A stretch of DNA of 64,000 bases from assembly GCA_963786235.1 (NCBI GenBank), contig CAWAYJ010000003.1, positions 18,236-82,235 of the forward strand. The letters run 5' to 3'. This DNA comes from an uncultured Gemmatimonadales bacterium. Its GTDB lineage: Bacteria; Gemmatimonadota; Gemmatimonadetes; Longimicrobiales; RSA9. The notes beneath the pieces were generated by a model. It worked only from the letters and a program-made list of their open reading frames with translations, was not told the DNA's origin and ran no database searches. Position numbers and translations under genes: made by a program. Shown one piece after another: positions 1-8,911 of this stretch. Position 1 is the stretch's first letter. Each line of letters starts with the position of its first letter.

Positions 1-780
1 CGCGTGATCGGGCAGAAGGGCCACGGCCCGGGAGAATTCGGCAACCCACGTTTTCCCCGATACGACGATCGGGGCAACATCTACGTTGTTGACCTAGCTA
101 GTGGCGCCATCAACGAATTCACGAACACCGGGTCGTACGTAGGCCAATTCAAGCCCGATGGCATCAACGCTATCAGCGGCTTCGAAGTACTTACGGATAC
201 AACATTCCTACTCAGTGGCCACGAAGCTGTTCCGACGCCCAGCCACGTACTATTCGTTGTGAAGAAAGGCGGGCAGCCTGTGAGGCGTTTGCTGCCGATT
301 TGGACGACAAAACCCCGGGGCGCATCGGAGCAATACCTCTGGAATTCATTCCGATCCTTCCCATTCACCGTTGCGGGGGATACAGCGTACGTTTTGTGTG
401 TCGCGTCGGATTCCCTGTGGACGGTTCACATTGAGTCTGGAGCGTACCGAGCCCGACGACTTGAGATTGAAGGCGTTCCACCGATGGGTGATTTCCCGAA
501 GGGCGGTTTCGGTGATGGCAACGACTTCATACAATGGGTGTTGGACCAGTACATGGCCACAACACCTTCGGCAGTAGGAGGAACTCTATTCATCCCCTTC
601 GCGAAGGGTGGTGATGTGATGGCGGACGACGTAGTCACGGTGTTTCGCAATCAGCGAGGACACTGGGCGATGGCGCGCGGAATGGCTAGAGTCATCCGGG
701 CGCACCACGGCTACGTTGTGATTGCCCAGGGGCCCGTGGAGAAGGTGAAACTGGCGATAAGCCAAAGGAGTTCCGAGTGA
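1..780 (+). CDS. NHL-repeat / six-bladed beta-propeller protein, 5-prime end outside window
   Basis: ORF 4..780 is open to the window edge. It has an NHL-type blade (GHGPGEFGNPRFPRYDDRGNIYVVD). Hand-counted GC is about 50-58% per 60-nt line, below the rest of the window. Confidence 0.6.
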   Translation, partial: RVIGQKGHGPGEFGNPRFPRYDDRGNIYVVDLASGAINEFTNTGSYVGQFKPDGINAISGFEVLTDTTFLLSGHEAVPTPSHVLFVVKKGGQPVRRLLPIWTTKPRGASEQYLWNSFRSFPFTVAGDTAYVLCVASDSLWTVHIESGAYRARRLEIEGVPPMGDFPKGGFGDGNDFIQWVLDQYMATTPSAVGGTLFIPFAKGGDVMADDVVTVFRNQRGHWAMARGMARVIRAHHGYVVIAQGPVEKVKLAISQRSSE

Positions 781-791
781 GAAGGTGTTGC

Positions 792-812
792 TGAGGTGAC
801 CCCCGGATCCTG
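792..812. repeat. IS left terminal inverted repeat
   Basis: TGAGGTGACCCCCGGATCCTG. The first 13 nt are identical to the reverse complement of 1996-2008, with partial matching beyond. Confidence 0.85.
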
Positions 813-852
813 ACCCGGTTATTATCTGACTCCCGGCCTGGAAGGAGGAGTC

Positions 853-1119
853 ATGAGGAAGAGCCGGTTCACGGAGGAGCAGATCGTCTCGGCCCTGCAG
901 GAGGCGGAGGCAGGCGCGAATGTGGGTGAGTTGTGCCGGCGGTTGGGCATCAGCCGGGAGACGCTGTACGCGTGGCGGCGGAAGTACGGGGGCATGCAGG
1001 TGTCGGATGCGAAGCGGCTCAAGCAGCTGGAGGACGAGAACCGGCAGCTGAAGCGGATCGTAGCGGACCAGGCGCTGAATCTGCAGGTGCTGAAGGATCT
1101 CCTGGGAAACAAGTTGTGA
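853..1119 (+). CDS. IS3-family transposase OrfA (HTH)
   Basis: 88 aa, MRKSRFTEEQIVSALQEAEAGANVGELCRRLGISRETLYAWRRKYGG followed by a leucine-zipper-like tail. GGAGGAG Shine-Dalgarno upstream. Confidence 0.9.
   Translation: MRKSRFTEEQIVSALQEAEAGANVGELCRRLGISRETLYAWRRKYGGMQVSDAKRLKQLEDENRQLKRIVADQALNLQVLKDLLGNKL
1104..1110 (+). promoter_or_regulatory. programmed -1 ribosomal frameshift heptamer G_GGA_AAC
   Basis: An X_XXY_YYZ heptamer in the orfA zero frame, 7 nt before the orfA stop. The orfB frame is open across it. Confidence 0.7.
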
Positions 1120-1982
1120 CGGCCCGGGCGCGGCGCCAGGTCGTCGAGAAGGTCCAAGCCGCGGTCGGGGTGTCGGAGCGTCGAGCCCTGCGCTTCACGG
1201 GATTCGCCCGGTCGACCATCCGGTACCGCGCTGTTCGGGATCCACAGGAAACGCTCTGCCGCCGAATTCGCGAATGGGCGGCCCAGAAACCCCGCTGGGG
1301 GTACCGCATGATTCACCTGAAGCTCCGCCGAGAAGGGTGGCCGGTGAACCGGAAGCGGGTGCAGCGGCTCTACCGGGCCGAAGGGTTGGCGGTGCGGCGT
1401 CGAGGCAAGCGGAAGCGGGCGCAGGTGCCACGGCCCGTTCGCACGGTGCTGACACGGCCGAACGAGCGGTGGAGCATGGACTTTCTCAGTGACACGCTCT
1501 CGAATGGTCGCCGCTTTCGCTGTCTCACCATCATGGACGAGTACAGCCGGGAGTGTCTGGCGATCGAGCCGGGGCATTCGATTCCCTCCGCCCGAATCAT
1601 CGACGTGCTCGAGCGGATCCGGAAAGAGCGGCCGTTGCCGGACGTCATCGTGACGGACAACGGCTCCGAGTTCACGAGCCGGGCGTTCGATTCCTGGGCC
1701 TACGCCCGTGGCGTGAAGATCGACTACATTCAGCCCGGGAAGCCGATCCAGAACTGCTTCATCGAGAGCTTCAACGGCACGTTCCGCGACGACTGCCTCA
1801 ATCTCAACTGGTTCGTCTCGCTCGACCGCGCCCGCGTCGTGATTGAAGGATGGCGGCGGGAGTACAACCTGATTCGCCCGCACAGCTCCCTCGGCGGGTT
1901 GACCCCCGGGGAGTTTGCTGGATCTCACAACCCTGGAGACGCGGACGTCGTCTCTACCACATCGCCGAGTGTCAGGGAATAG
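1104..1982 (+). CDS. IS3-family transposase OrfB (DDE integrase core), expressed as OrfAB by -1 frameshift
   Basis: The -1 frame relative to orfA encodes WSMDF..., VTDNGSEF..., and NCFIESFNGTFRDDCLN (rve/DDE motifs). There is no independent good start. Confidence 0.88.
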   Translation, partial: GKQVVTARARRQVVEKVQAAVGVSERRALRFTGFARSTIRYRAVRDPQETLCRRIREWAAQKPRWGYRMIHLKLRREGWPVNRKRVQRLYRAEGLAVRRRGKRKRAQVPRPVRTVLTRPNERWSMDFLSDTLSNGRRFRCLTIMDEYSRECLAIEPGHSIPSARIIDVLERIRKERPLPDVIVTDNGSEFTSRAFDSWAYARGVKIDYIQPGKPIQNCFIESFNGTFRDDCLNLNWFVSLDRARVVIEGWRREYNLIRPHSSLGGLTPGEFAGSHNPGDADVVSTTSPSVRE

Positions 1983-1988
1983 CTGGAG

Positions 1989-2008
1989 CAGGATTGGGGG
2001 TCACCTCA
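1989..2008. repeat. IS right terminal inverted repeat
   Basis: CAGGATTGGGGGTCACCTCA, the reverse complement of the left end. Confidence 0.85.
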
Positions 2009-2021
2009 TTGCCTGTGGACC

Positions 2022-2561
2022 GTGAGCCTTCTGAGCGTGTCATTGACGTCATGTGACTGGCGCACTCGACCTGATGCGACCTTGAGCATGCCGGACGTCG
2101 ACAGCGCGATCGTCGCGGGGATAGGCCTGCTTCAGGCGCCTGATCGAATTGGTGCGGCTGACGGTGCGGAGTGGTTCGACAAAGGCCGGGGCGTCGCGAT
2201 CCTGACGAACAGCTATCAATGCTACTCGTGCCGCGAAGTCGGCTACTGGGCTAGGGTCCTTCAAGACTGGTCTGTGGAGCGACAACTGAGCCTGGCAATC
2301 GCGGTGCCCGAAGGTGATTCCGGGAGGGTGGACTCGTACCTTCGCAAGGAACGGGTTCAGGCCGGCCTTGTTGTTGTGACCGGCGATTTGGGTCGGATGC
2401 TGGCAGCCGAACTTGACGTACGGGGCACTCCGACCATCTTTGTGAATGGCTGGCGTGTTCGCCCGGACAGCGTCGGAGCGGTTGTCGACTCGGTTGCAGT
2501 TCATGCACGGCCTTATGGAGGCTATACGGTTCGCCACCTGACATTCGGGTCGCCACAATGA
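2022..2561 (+). CDS. thioredoxin-fold (DsbA/Thioredoxin_4-like) protein with CYSC motif; native 5-prime end (777-791) severed by the IS
   Basis: CxxC (QCYSC) and a VRGTPTIFVNG motif. Joining 777-791 to 2013 restores MRRCCLWTVSLLSVSLTSC, a lipoprotein signal. Confidence 0.65.
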   Translation: MSLLSVSLTSCDWRTRPDATLSMPDVDSAIVAGIGLLQAPDRIGAADGAEWFDKGRGVAILTNSYQCYSCREVGYWARVLQDWSVERQLSLAIAVPEGDSGRVDSYLRKERVQAGLVVVTGDLGRMLAAELDVRGTPTIFVNGWRVRPDSVGAVVDSVAVHARPYGGYTVRHLTFGSPQ

Positions 2562-3748
2562 CGGCGTGGCCACGGGTACCCTCTTGTTTCACCCAACGAC
2601 GGACACGTGTCGCCTTGCTGGTGCTGGCGCCACTCTTGGCGAGTGGTACGACAGCATACGCGCAATTTCCGACTCTGCACGCGGTGCCGGAGATGCGCAT
2701 CAATGGATACGAGATGGATCTCGTGCCCATCACCGGAATCGCCACAGGTCCGGGCGGTGAGATTGCCGTTGTCCAGCAGCAGGACTATTCCGTTCGCGTA
2801 TTCGACGCGCGCGGGCAACCTCTCCGAACGGTGGGAGGTCAAGGGGACGGCCCGGGTGAATTCCGACGCCCGACATCTGTCGGCTGGTTCGGCGATACGC
2901 TCTGGGCAGTCGATGGCGCTCTCCGTCGCCTGACGCTGTTTGCCGCAGACGGGTACGCCGGGACATTCACACCTCCAATGAAAGTGGATGCGGGCCGTTC
3001 GCGCGTGGAAGGGGTTCCTGCCGACGCCAGGTCCGTACCATTGGCGTACGGCCACGATCGGTCCGTCCTGGCCACGGTTTCCGCCGGAGGTAGAGGCGCC
3101 GCCGAGACTGTAACGTTCATTCAGATGACTCCTGACGGAGCCGTCCGTGCGATTCTGGCTCGTCTCAGCCCGGGCAACTCCTCCGTCATGTACGAGACCG
3201 GTGGCAGGTACCTCATCCTTCGTCAGCCTTTCCCGAACGAAGCACTGTACGCTGCCGCACCCGACGCTGCGCGTCTGGTACTCGTCAAGGCCGCGCTCGA
3301 TGGCTCCGAGCGCGGACTGTTCACGGTAACCGGGATCGATAGCCAGGGTGACACCCTGTTCCGTACGCAGCATCGGTTTCCCATCGCAGCTCTGCCACGC
3401 CAGGCAGTCGACAGTGCGATCGACGCGAGACTCGCGGAGTTCCGCAAGGGTGGCCTTGCGACAGCCGGGATCGAGCGTGCGTATCGTCGACTGCCGGTCC
3501 CTCCCGCGTACCCTCCATTCACGGCGGTTCGCATGGGCGGCGACTACAGCACGTGGATCGAGATGCGTTCGACCGACGGCCTCGTGCACTACCTGGTTCT
3601 GGATCCGATGGGCGTTCTCGTGGGTGAGGTCAGCTTCCCGGCACGATCGCAGGTGCGGGCCGCAACGCTGACCCGGGCATGGACCACCGAATTGGACCCG
3701 TATGATGTGGCGAGCATCGTCCGGTATGCGATCCAGCGCAACCCGTGA
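2558..3748 (+). CDS. secreted six-bladed beta-propeller (NHL-like) protein
   Basis: 396 aa with a signal peptide (LLVLAPLLASGTTAYAQ) and an NHL-like blade (GGQGDGPGEFRRPTSVGWFGDTLWAVD). ATGA overlap with the upstream stop. Confidence 0.7.
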   Translation: MTAWPRVPSCFTQRRTRVALLVLAPLLASGTTAYAQFPTLHAVPEMRINGYEMDLVPITGIATGPGGEIAVVQQQDYSVRVFDARGQPLRTVGGQGDGPGEFRRPTSVGWFGDTLWAVDGALRRLTLFAADGYAGTFTPPMKVDAGRSRVEGVPADARSVPLAYGHDRSVLATVSAGGRGAAETVTFIQMTPDGAVRAILARLSPGNSSVMYETGGRYLILRQPFPNEALYAAAPDAARLVLVKAALDGSERGLFTVTGIDSQGDTLFRTQHRFPIAALPRQAVDSAIDARLAEFRKGGLATAGIERAYRRLPVPPAYPPFTAVRMGGDYSTWIEMRSTDGLVHYLVLDPMGVLVGEVSFPARSQVRAATLTRAWTTELDPYDVASIVRYAIQRNP

Positions 3749-5871
3749 GCGAAACCATGAGCTCCCGTCGCCTCCTCCGTTGGACCGCATTCGCCGGCGG
3801 CATCCTCCTGATCCTGCCCCCGCCGGCCCGTGCCCAGACGGTGCGAGGGAAGGTGGTGGAAGACAGCGTTCTCCTGCCGGTGCCCGGCGCCTTCGTCACG
3901 CTCAGGGACACGGCGGGCCTCGTAGTCGCGGGAAGTCTCACGGACAGTTCGGGTACGTTCCAGCTTACCGGCAAGGCCGGAAAGTACACGCTGCACGTCG
4001 AGCGGCTCGGGTATCGGTCCTTCAGCACGGCGGTCTTCCGGTTGGACACGACGCAGGTTCGCGAGCTGCGTGTGTCGAGCGCGCCCGTCGCTCTGCCATC
4101 CCTGAGCATCGAGGCCCGGCGCAAGTGCAAGCCGGCCAATGCGCTGGGACCCGAGGAAATCCTGATCTGGGAGGAACTGCGGAAGTCTCTGGCGGTTGCC
4201 GATTGGACCGCTACCGAATCCGGCATCACGTATGATATCCGGGAATATGACCTGTGGCGCGGCCTCGACAACCTCAATGTCGTCGAACGCCTGAATGAGA
4301 AGCGGTATACCGTCCGGACGAACCACAACCCGATGGCGACGATTTCACCCGACAGCATGCTGAAGCGCGGCTTCATCATTCCAGTCAAGGACGCGGCAAG
4401 CTGGCAGGCCACGGACAAGTATTTCGCTCCCGACGCCCGGTTGTTGCTCTCGAGCGCCTTTCAGGAGACGCATTGCTTCGCGATAGAGACCGACGCGGCG
4501 CGGCCCGGCATGGTGGGCTTCGCGTTCGAGGGCACCGGCGCCATCAAGCCGTACGATGTGGAGGGCGTGCTGTGGCTCGACCGTTCGACTCACGAGTTGC
4601 GACGCCTCGAGTTCGGATACAACAGACTGCCTCATTCGATTCCCCGTAACCGCATCAGGGGCGCAGTCGAGTTCGTGCGCCTGCCCTCAGGCCGGTGGCT
4701 TACCAGTGCGTGGTGGATGCGCTTCCGCCAAAGCACGCAGGAGAGGCGAGTAGTAACGTACGATGAAAGAGAGAAAACAGGATCAGTGCTGCGTGTTGTG
4801 CCTTCGCAAACCGCACACCTGGAGCGTGGCGCTCAGGTCGTGGCCGCCCATGAGGGCGGCAACGAGATCTATCGGCGGCCGGCTTTCGTCATGACCGGTC
4901 ACGTCCTTGACCGGGAGAGTGGCGCTCCCGTTGCCGGCGCGCTGGTCAAACTGCTGGACGCGTCTCCCTCGATATGGGATGTGCTCGACCCCCTTGCCTT
5001 GCACACGGCGGCGGCCTCGGTAATCACGGCTGAAGATGGCGGCTTCGTCCTTCGCACCTACGATGTCGGTATGTACCGCGTCGACGTGGCGGCGCCGGGC
5101 TTCGCTGGTGCACGTTCCACACCCTTCGCCCTTCCCGCCGACACCGCGCCGCGGGCGCTTCGACTCGACCTCTCACCCGCGGCCATGCCCGATCCGTGGT
5201 CCGGGTGCGTCCCCGACACGCGGCTCACGGCGAAGGACTCTGTATTTTTGGAAGATGTCACGACGGCGCTCGGCCTGATCGACTGGACGCAGCGCCAGGG
5301 GCACATGTCGTACCGCGTGCAGGAGCGCGTCTCGTCGTTCGATCGTCTGGGCGTCCAACAGCAGGACCGGTCCGCCGTCGGCGTCCTCGACGCCGAAGCC
5401 GTGCTGTGGCCTGCTCCGCCGAGCACAGGGCTCGGCTACATACGTCCCGCATCAGGCTCCGGCTACAATGTCTTCGCGCCGGACCTTCGCACGCTCTCCA
5501 GCGAGGGCTTCCTCAACATACACTGTGCCCGGATCGTCGCCGATGACAGCAGGCCTGAGCTGGTCGGCCTCCGCCTGGAAACGATAGCCGACCCGCGCCG
5601 AGCGCCGGGTCACGCCGTGAATGCCACGTTCTGGATCCGTCGCGAGACGCGCGAGTTGAGTGCTGTCGACATCGCCTACCCCGACCTGCCCGAAGGCCTG
5701 GCGTCCAGCGCCACCGGCGCTTCCATGACGTTCCTGCGTCTGCCCTCCGGCAAGTGGATCATCACGGGTTGGACGCGGCGCGTGCCTGCTGCCGAGGGCG
5801 GGTGGCGAGAAATCAGCCGGCGCGTGCTGACCGCGTACGACGGCGGTACAGCCGTGTATCGCGGAGGCTGA
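3745..5871 (+). CDS. secreted protein with two tandem CarboxypepD_reg-like + conserved C-domain modules
   Basis: 708 aa. GTGA overlap with the upstream stop; the alternative ATG is at 3757. Signal ends PPPARAQ. Two CarboxypepD_reg-like starts (VRGKVVED...GTFQL...GKYTLHVERLGY and GHVLDRESGAPVAGALV...GGFVL...GMYRVDVAAPGF). Each is followed by the same C-domain motifs. Confidence 0.8.
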   Translation: MSETMSSRRLLRWTAFAGGILLILPPPARAQTVRGKVVEDSVLLPVPGAFVTLRDTAGLVVAGSLTDSSGTFQLTGKAGKYTLHVERLGYRSFSTAVFRLDTTQVRELRVSSAPVALPSLSIEARRKCKPANALGPEEILIWEELRKSLAVADWTATESGITYDIREYDLWRGLDNLNVVERLNEKRYTVRTNHNPMATISPDSMLKRGFIIPVKDAASWQATDKYFAPDARLLLSSAFQETHCFAIETDAARPGMVGFAFEGTGAIKPYDVEGVLWLDRSTHELRRLEFGYNRLPHSIPRNRIRGAVEFVRLPSGRWLTSAWWMRFRQSTQERRVVTYDEREKTGSVLRVVPSQTAHLERGAQVVAAHEGGNEIYRRPAFVMTGHVLDRESGAPVAGALVKLLDASPSIWDVLDPLALHTAAASVITAEDGGFVLRTYDVGMYRVDVAAPGFAGARSTPFALPADTAPRALRLDLSPAAMPDPWSGCVPDTRLTAKDSVFLEDVTTALGLIDWTQRQGHMSYRVQERVSSFDRLGVQQQDRSAVGVLDAEAVLWPAPPSTGLGYIRPASGSGYNVFAPDLRTLSSEGFLNIHCARIVADDSRPELVGLRLETIADPRRAPGHAVNATFWIRRETRELSAVDIAYPDLPEGLASSATGASMTFLRLPSGKWIITGWTRRVPAAEGGWREISRRVLTAYDGGTAVYRGG

Positions 5872-6056
5872 ATGGCGTCGGCCCGGCATGGCGGGTACGG
5901 AAGCAGCGGCCCAATGAGATTGCGAGCCGGCCCACGTGACGTGACGCCCATGGCGCCCACAGCTTTCTTGCGACGCGGTCGTTGCGGTGGCATCCTTCAA
6001 CTACAATCCTCGTATCAGCGCCATCGAATCACGGCAGATCAACGGGGGTGGCATTC

Positions 6057-7238
6057 ATGAACGGAGCAATCCCGGACTCGCGCACGACGCCCACCTCCCC
6101 ACTCTTTCCGGCCGGCTCCGGCAAGGCCCCGCCCGGGACTGCCTCACGATCGTCTGTCGTGTTGCTGGCGGGCTTCCTCGCCTTGGCGGCCGCGCCGGCC
6201 GCGACGGCCGCGCAGATCATCATGGGAACGCTCACGGTCGAAAGAACGGGAGCGCCGGCGCAGGCGGCGTGGATCACCGTGCTGGACTCGCTGGATCAGA
6301 AGCGAGCCGCCGTGCTGAGCGACGCGTCGGGCCGGTTCCTGGTGCAGGTGGCGGGATTCGGGCCGGTCCATCTGCGGGCGCGGCTGATCGGCCACACGGA
6401 CGCAGTGTCGGAGATCCTCGAGGTCGGTCCGGGCGAGACGCGGACGGTATCGCTCGTAATGCGGGAGCGCGCACTACCGCTCGCGCCGATCACGGTCGAG
6501 GCGGAACGGCGCTGCGCCGCCTCGCCGGATGCGGGCGCAGCCACGATCCTGTGGGATGAGGTGAAGAAGGCGCTGGAAGGAGTCCGGCTCACGGGCGAGG
6601 CGGAACTGGTGGCATACCGGGTCGAACGATTCCGTCGCACGTACGGGCTCGACCACGCGGTGCTGCAAGAGAGCCTGGACACGGCCGTATTGCAGGGCGA
6701 GCGACCGTTCCGGACGCCGCCGCCGTCGGATCTGGTACGTGAAGGGTACGTGCAGGGCGACGAGGCGCCGGTGTTCTATGCGCCGGACGTGGAGGTGCTG
6801 CTGTCGGACGGGTTCGCTGCGACGCACTGCTTCCGCGCGCGGCGCGGCCGTGGCGAGACGGCGTCGATGGTCGGACTCGCCTTCGAGCCGAACGCGGACC
6901 GCGGCCTGCCGGACGTCGCGGGCACGCTCTGGCTCGACACGGCGACGGCGGAACTCCGCTACCTGGAGTTCGAGTACACGGGCATCGACTACAGCCTGCG
7001 CAGCTGGAAGTTCGGCGGCCGGCTGGATTTCATGCGTCTCGAAGATGGCGCGTGGATCGTGCGCAAGTGGTCCATCCGGGCGCCGGCGCTGCTGGCACGC
7101 GACGCCTCGGGCGGCGGCAAATCCGGCCGCCGCTCGATCGGCGCGATCGCGGAGGGTGGCGCGGAGCTGATCGAGATCGTGTCCGGCGAGTGCAAGGCAT
7201 CGCCGTCGGACCCGCCGCGTCCGGGGCCTGCCTCCTGA
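6057..7238 (+). CDS. secreted CarboxypepD_reg-like + conserved C-domain protein (single module)
   Basis: 393 aa from the MNGAIP start. Roughly 70% identical by eye to the 27979..29115 product. Motifs: EAERRC, ILWDEVKKALEGV, FYAPD..LLSDGFAATHCF, GTLWLDTAT.ELR.LEF.Y. Confidence 0.8.
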   Translation: MNGAIPDSRTTPTSPLFPAGSGKAPPGTASRSSVVLLAGFLALAAAPAATAAQIIMGTLTVERTGAPAQAAWITVLDSLDQKRAAVLSDASGRFLVQVAGFGPVHLRARLIGHTDAVSEILEVGPGETRTVSLVMRERALPLAPITVEAERRCAASPDAGAATILWDEVKKALEGVRLTGEAELVAYRVERFRRTYGLDHAVLQESLDTAVLQGERPFRTPPPSDLVREGYVQGDEAPVFYAPDVEVLLSDGFAATHCFRARRGRGETASMVGLAFEPNADRGLPDVAGTLWLDTATAELRYLEFEYTGIDYSLRSWKFGGRLDFMRLEDGAWIVRKWSIRAPALLARDASGGGKSGRRSIGAIAEGGAELIEIVSGECKASPSDPPRPGPAS

Positions 7239-7568
7239 CCCGGGCCCTGCGGGCGCGCCGGATCGGGACTGGCGGGATCGAGACGACATCGCGATCGGGT
7301 GATCGGATTCACTGGCACCACTGCCTACGGTTCCGCGCTCTGTGTCATCGACTCGAAATCCGGCCAGATCCCCGCGCTCGCCAACGGCTAAGACCGGCTC
7401 GCCGACTGGTCCCCGTCGCTTGGCGGGACTCTGGATCGCTGAAGCAGCAATCGGGCTCCCGGGGCGCCGACCGCCCGATGGCTGATCGATAGCCCTTCCT
7501 CATACTTGATGCGATAAACCCATCGCCTTGGGGTTGGGAATCGACAGCAGTGCGCCGGCCCGGCGGGA

Positions 7569-7946
7569 TCACACCTTCTTCTTCCGGTACTTCACACCCG
7601 GCAGACCCTCGAAATCCGCGTCCTGCGTCCAGAGAGTGGCCCGGTGGAGCCGAGCGGTCGCCAGCACGACGCTGTCCGCCAACGGCAGCCGACGCTCCAC
7701 GCCGATCTCCGCGGCGAGCAGGGCGAGCGACTCATCGAGATCCTGGATCGCACCGGCCTTCATGGCCGCGACCGCCTTCAGCGCCGCATCCCGGTCCTTG
7801 TGGCGACGAACATGCCGGTACACTTCCAGGAGAACGATCGTCGGCAGCACCAGTTCGTCGCCCGAGAGGATCGCCCGCTCGAAATAGCGCGCGTTCGAGC
7901 CGCCCGTGAAGTACTCGATCCACGCCGACGAGTCCACTACGTTCAC
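7569..7946 (-). CDS. vapC: PIN-domain toxin VapC
   Basis: 125 aa from GTG (VNVVDSSAWIEYF...; acidic PIN residues D, E, D). The GTGA overlap with the antitoxin stop was verified base by base. Confidence 0.85.
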   Translation of the reverse strand: MNVVDSSAWIEYFTGGSNARYFERAILSGDELVLPTIVLLEVYRHVRRHKDRDAALKAVAAMKAGAIQDLDESLALLAAEIGVERRLPLADSVVLATARLHRATLWTQDADFEGLPGVKYRKKKV

Positions 7947-8149
7947 AGCCGGTCCGCCTCCCGCTCGAATTCCGGGACCTCGCCGGAAAGGAAGCCCTTC
8001 AGCGCCTCCAACGGGACCACCGGGACCAGCTCGATCCGGTCGCCCAGCGCGAATGCATGCACCTTCTGACCGGGCCGGATCCCGACCCTGTCGCGAACAT
8101 CCCGCGGGATGACGACCTGCCATTTCGACGAAACGGTCACCACGGACAT
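7943..8149 (-). CDS. vapB: AbrB/SpoVT-family antitoxin VapB
   Basis: 68 aa, MSVVTVSSKWQVVIPRDVRDRVGIRPGQKV. AAGGA lies 8 nt upstream of the ATG at 8149. Confidence 0.8.
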   Translation of the reverse strand: MSVVTVSSKWQVVIPRDVRDRVGIRPGQKVHAFALGDRIELVPVVPLEALKGFLSGEVPEFEREADRL

Positions 8150-8279
8150 TACGAATCCTTGATCGATAGACTTGTCGTAAAACGCCTGAGTCAACGATAA
8201 ATCGGGCGGGTTGCAAAGACAAGCGAGTTGCAGACTCGGTCCGTGACCGACCCGGGTCAGTGTGCCCGAGCTTCCGCCG

Positions 8280-8693
8280 TCAGGCGGCGGCGAGCTCCTC
8301 GAGCAGCTGAGCGGGCGTGCGCGCCGGGATCGGTGAACGGCGGAAGTCCTTCACGTTGCGCGTCGCGACGTAGAGGGCTCCGCACGCTCTCGCGGCCGCG
8401 ACCTGCATCGCGTCTTCGAAGTCCGCCAACGGCAGCGAGGCCGCGAACCGCATGGCATCGGTGTCGGTCGGCGCGACGGCCAGGAACGCGGTCAGGTCGT
8501 TGACGAACCCCCGGGCGTCACCATCGCCCCGGACCGGGCGCAGCAGGTGGTAGAGGTTGGAGAGTGTGTGCCATGCGACGAAGGCGCGGTAGGGCTCGCG
8601 TTCGAAACGGGTCAGCAACGCCGCGGCAGGTTCCGCGTGCGGCGCGCGGTCCAGGGCCACGTCGAGCAGCACGTCGGTGTCGATCAGGATCAA
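8280..8693 (-). CDS. vapC: PIN-domain toxin (VapC-like)
   Basis: ILIDTDVLLDVALDR... plus downstream acidic residues. A likely TTG start at 8693 overlaps the antitoxin stop (TTGA). The exact start is uncertain. Confidence 0.75.
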   Translation of the reverse strand: MILIDTDVLLDVALDRAPHAEPAAALLTRFEREPYRAFVAWHTLSNLYHLLRPVRGDGDARGFVNDLTAFLAVAPTDTDAMRFAASLPLADFEDAMQVAAARACGALYVATRNVKDFRRSPIPARTPAQLLEELAAA

Positions 8694-8911
8694 CGGTACT
8701 TCTCCGCGAGGGCCCGGTACCGGTCGTCGTCGCGTTCCGCGAGCACGAACGCGCCGCGCCAGCGCTCGACGAATCCCGGCCGTTCCGGCTCGATCTTCTC
8801 TCGCAGCGCATCCTCGATAAGCGACGAGAGCGAGACGCCCTTCCCGCGAGCGAAGCGCTTGGCCGACGGCAGCAGCTCCCGGTCGATCGTCACGGTCAGC
8901 TTCGTTTTCAT
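8690..8911 (-). CDS. type II antitoxin (small, RHH/DUF6364-like)
   Basis: 73 aa, MKTKLTVTIDRELLPSAKRFARGKGVSLSSLIEDALRE, immediately upstream of the PIN gene. Confidence 0.7.
   Translation of the reverse strand: MKTKLTVTIDRELLPSAKRFARGKGVSLSSLIEDALREKIEPERPGFVERWRGAFVLAERDDDRYRALAEKYR

Larger units (their letters stand above)
792..2008 (+). mobile_element. IS3-family insertion sequence (IS407-group-like), 1217 bp, apparently intact
   Basis: Terminal inverted repeats TGAGGTGACCCCC at 792-804 and the reverse complement at 1996-2008 (TG...CA ends). 4-bp direct repeat TTGC at 788-791 and 2009-2012. Two overlapping transposase frames with a slippery heptamer. Confidence 0.9.

Noticed and set aside
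5872-6056. The alternative upstream start (5982) for the 6057..7238 gene, and the small ORFs 5872..6060 and 5987..6559.
   Set aside because: The upstream extension lacks signal-peptide character. The MNGAIP start is followed by a plausible signal/anchor region (VVLLAGFLALAAAPATAAQ). The other ORFs are out-of-frame shadows.
7239-7568. A 330-bp gene-free stretch with a locally lower-GC patch (about 7480-7530), considered as a possible sRNA or gene remnant.
   Set aside because: It has no convincing ORF remnant, hairpin-terminator or conserved motif that I could recognise by eye. It is noted only as context for the TA island.
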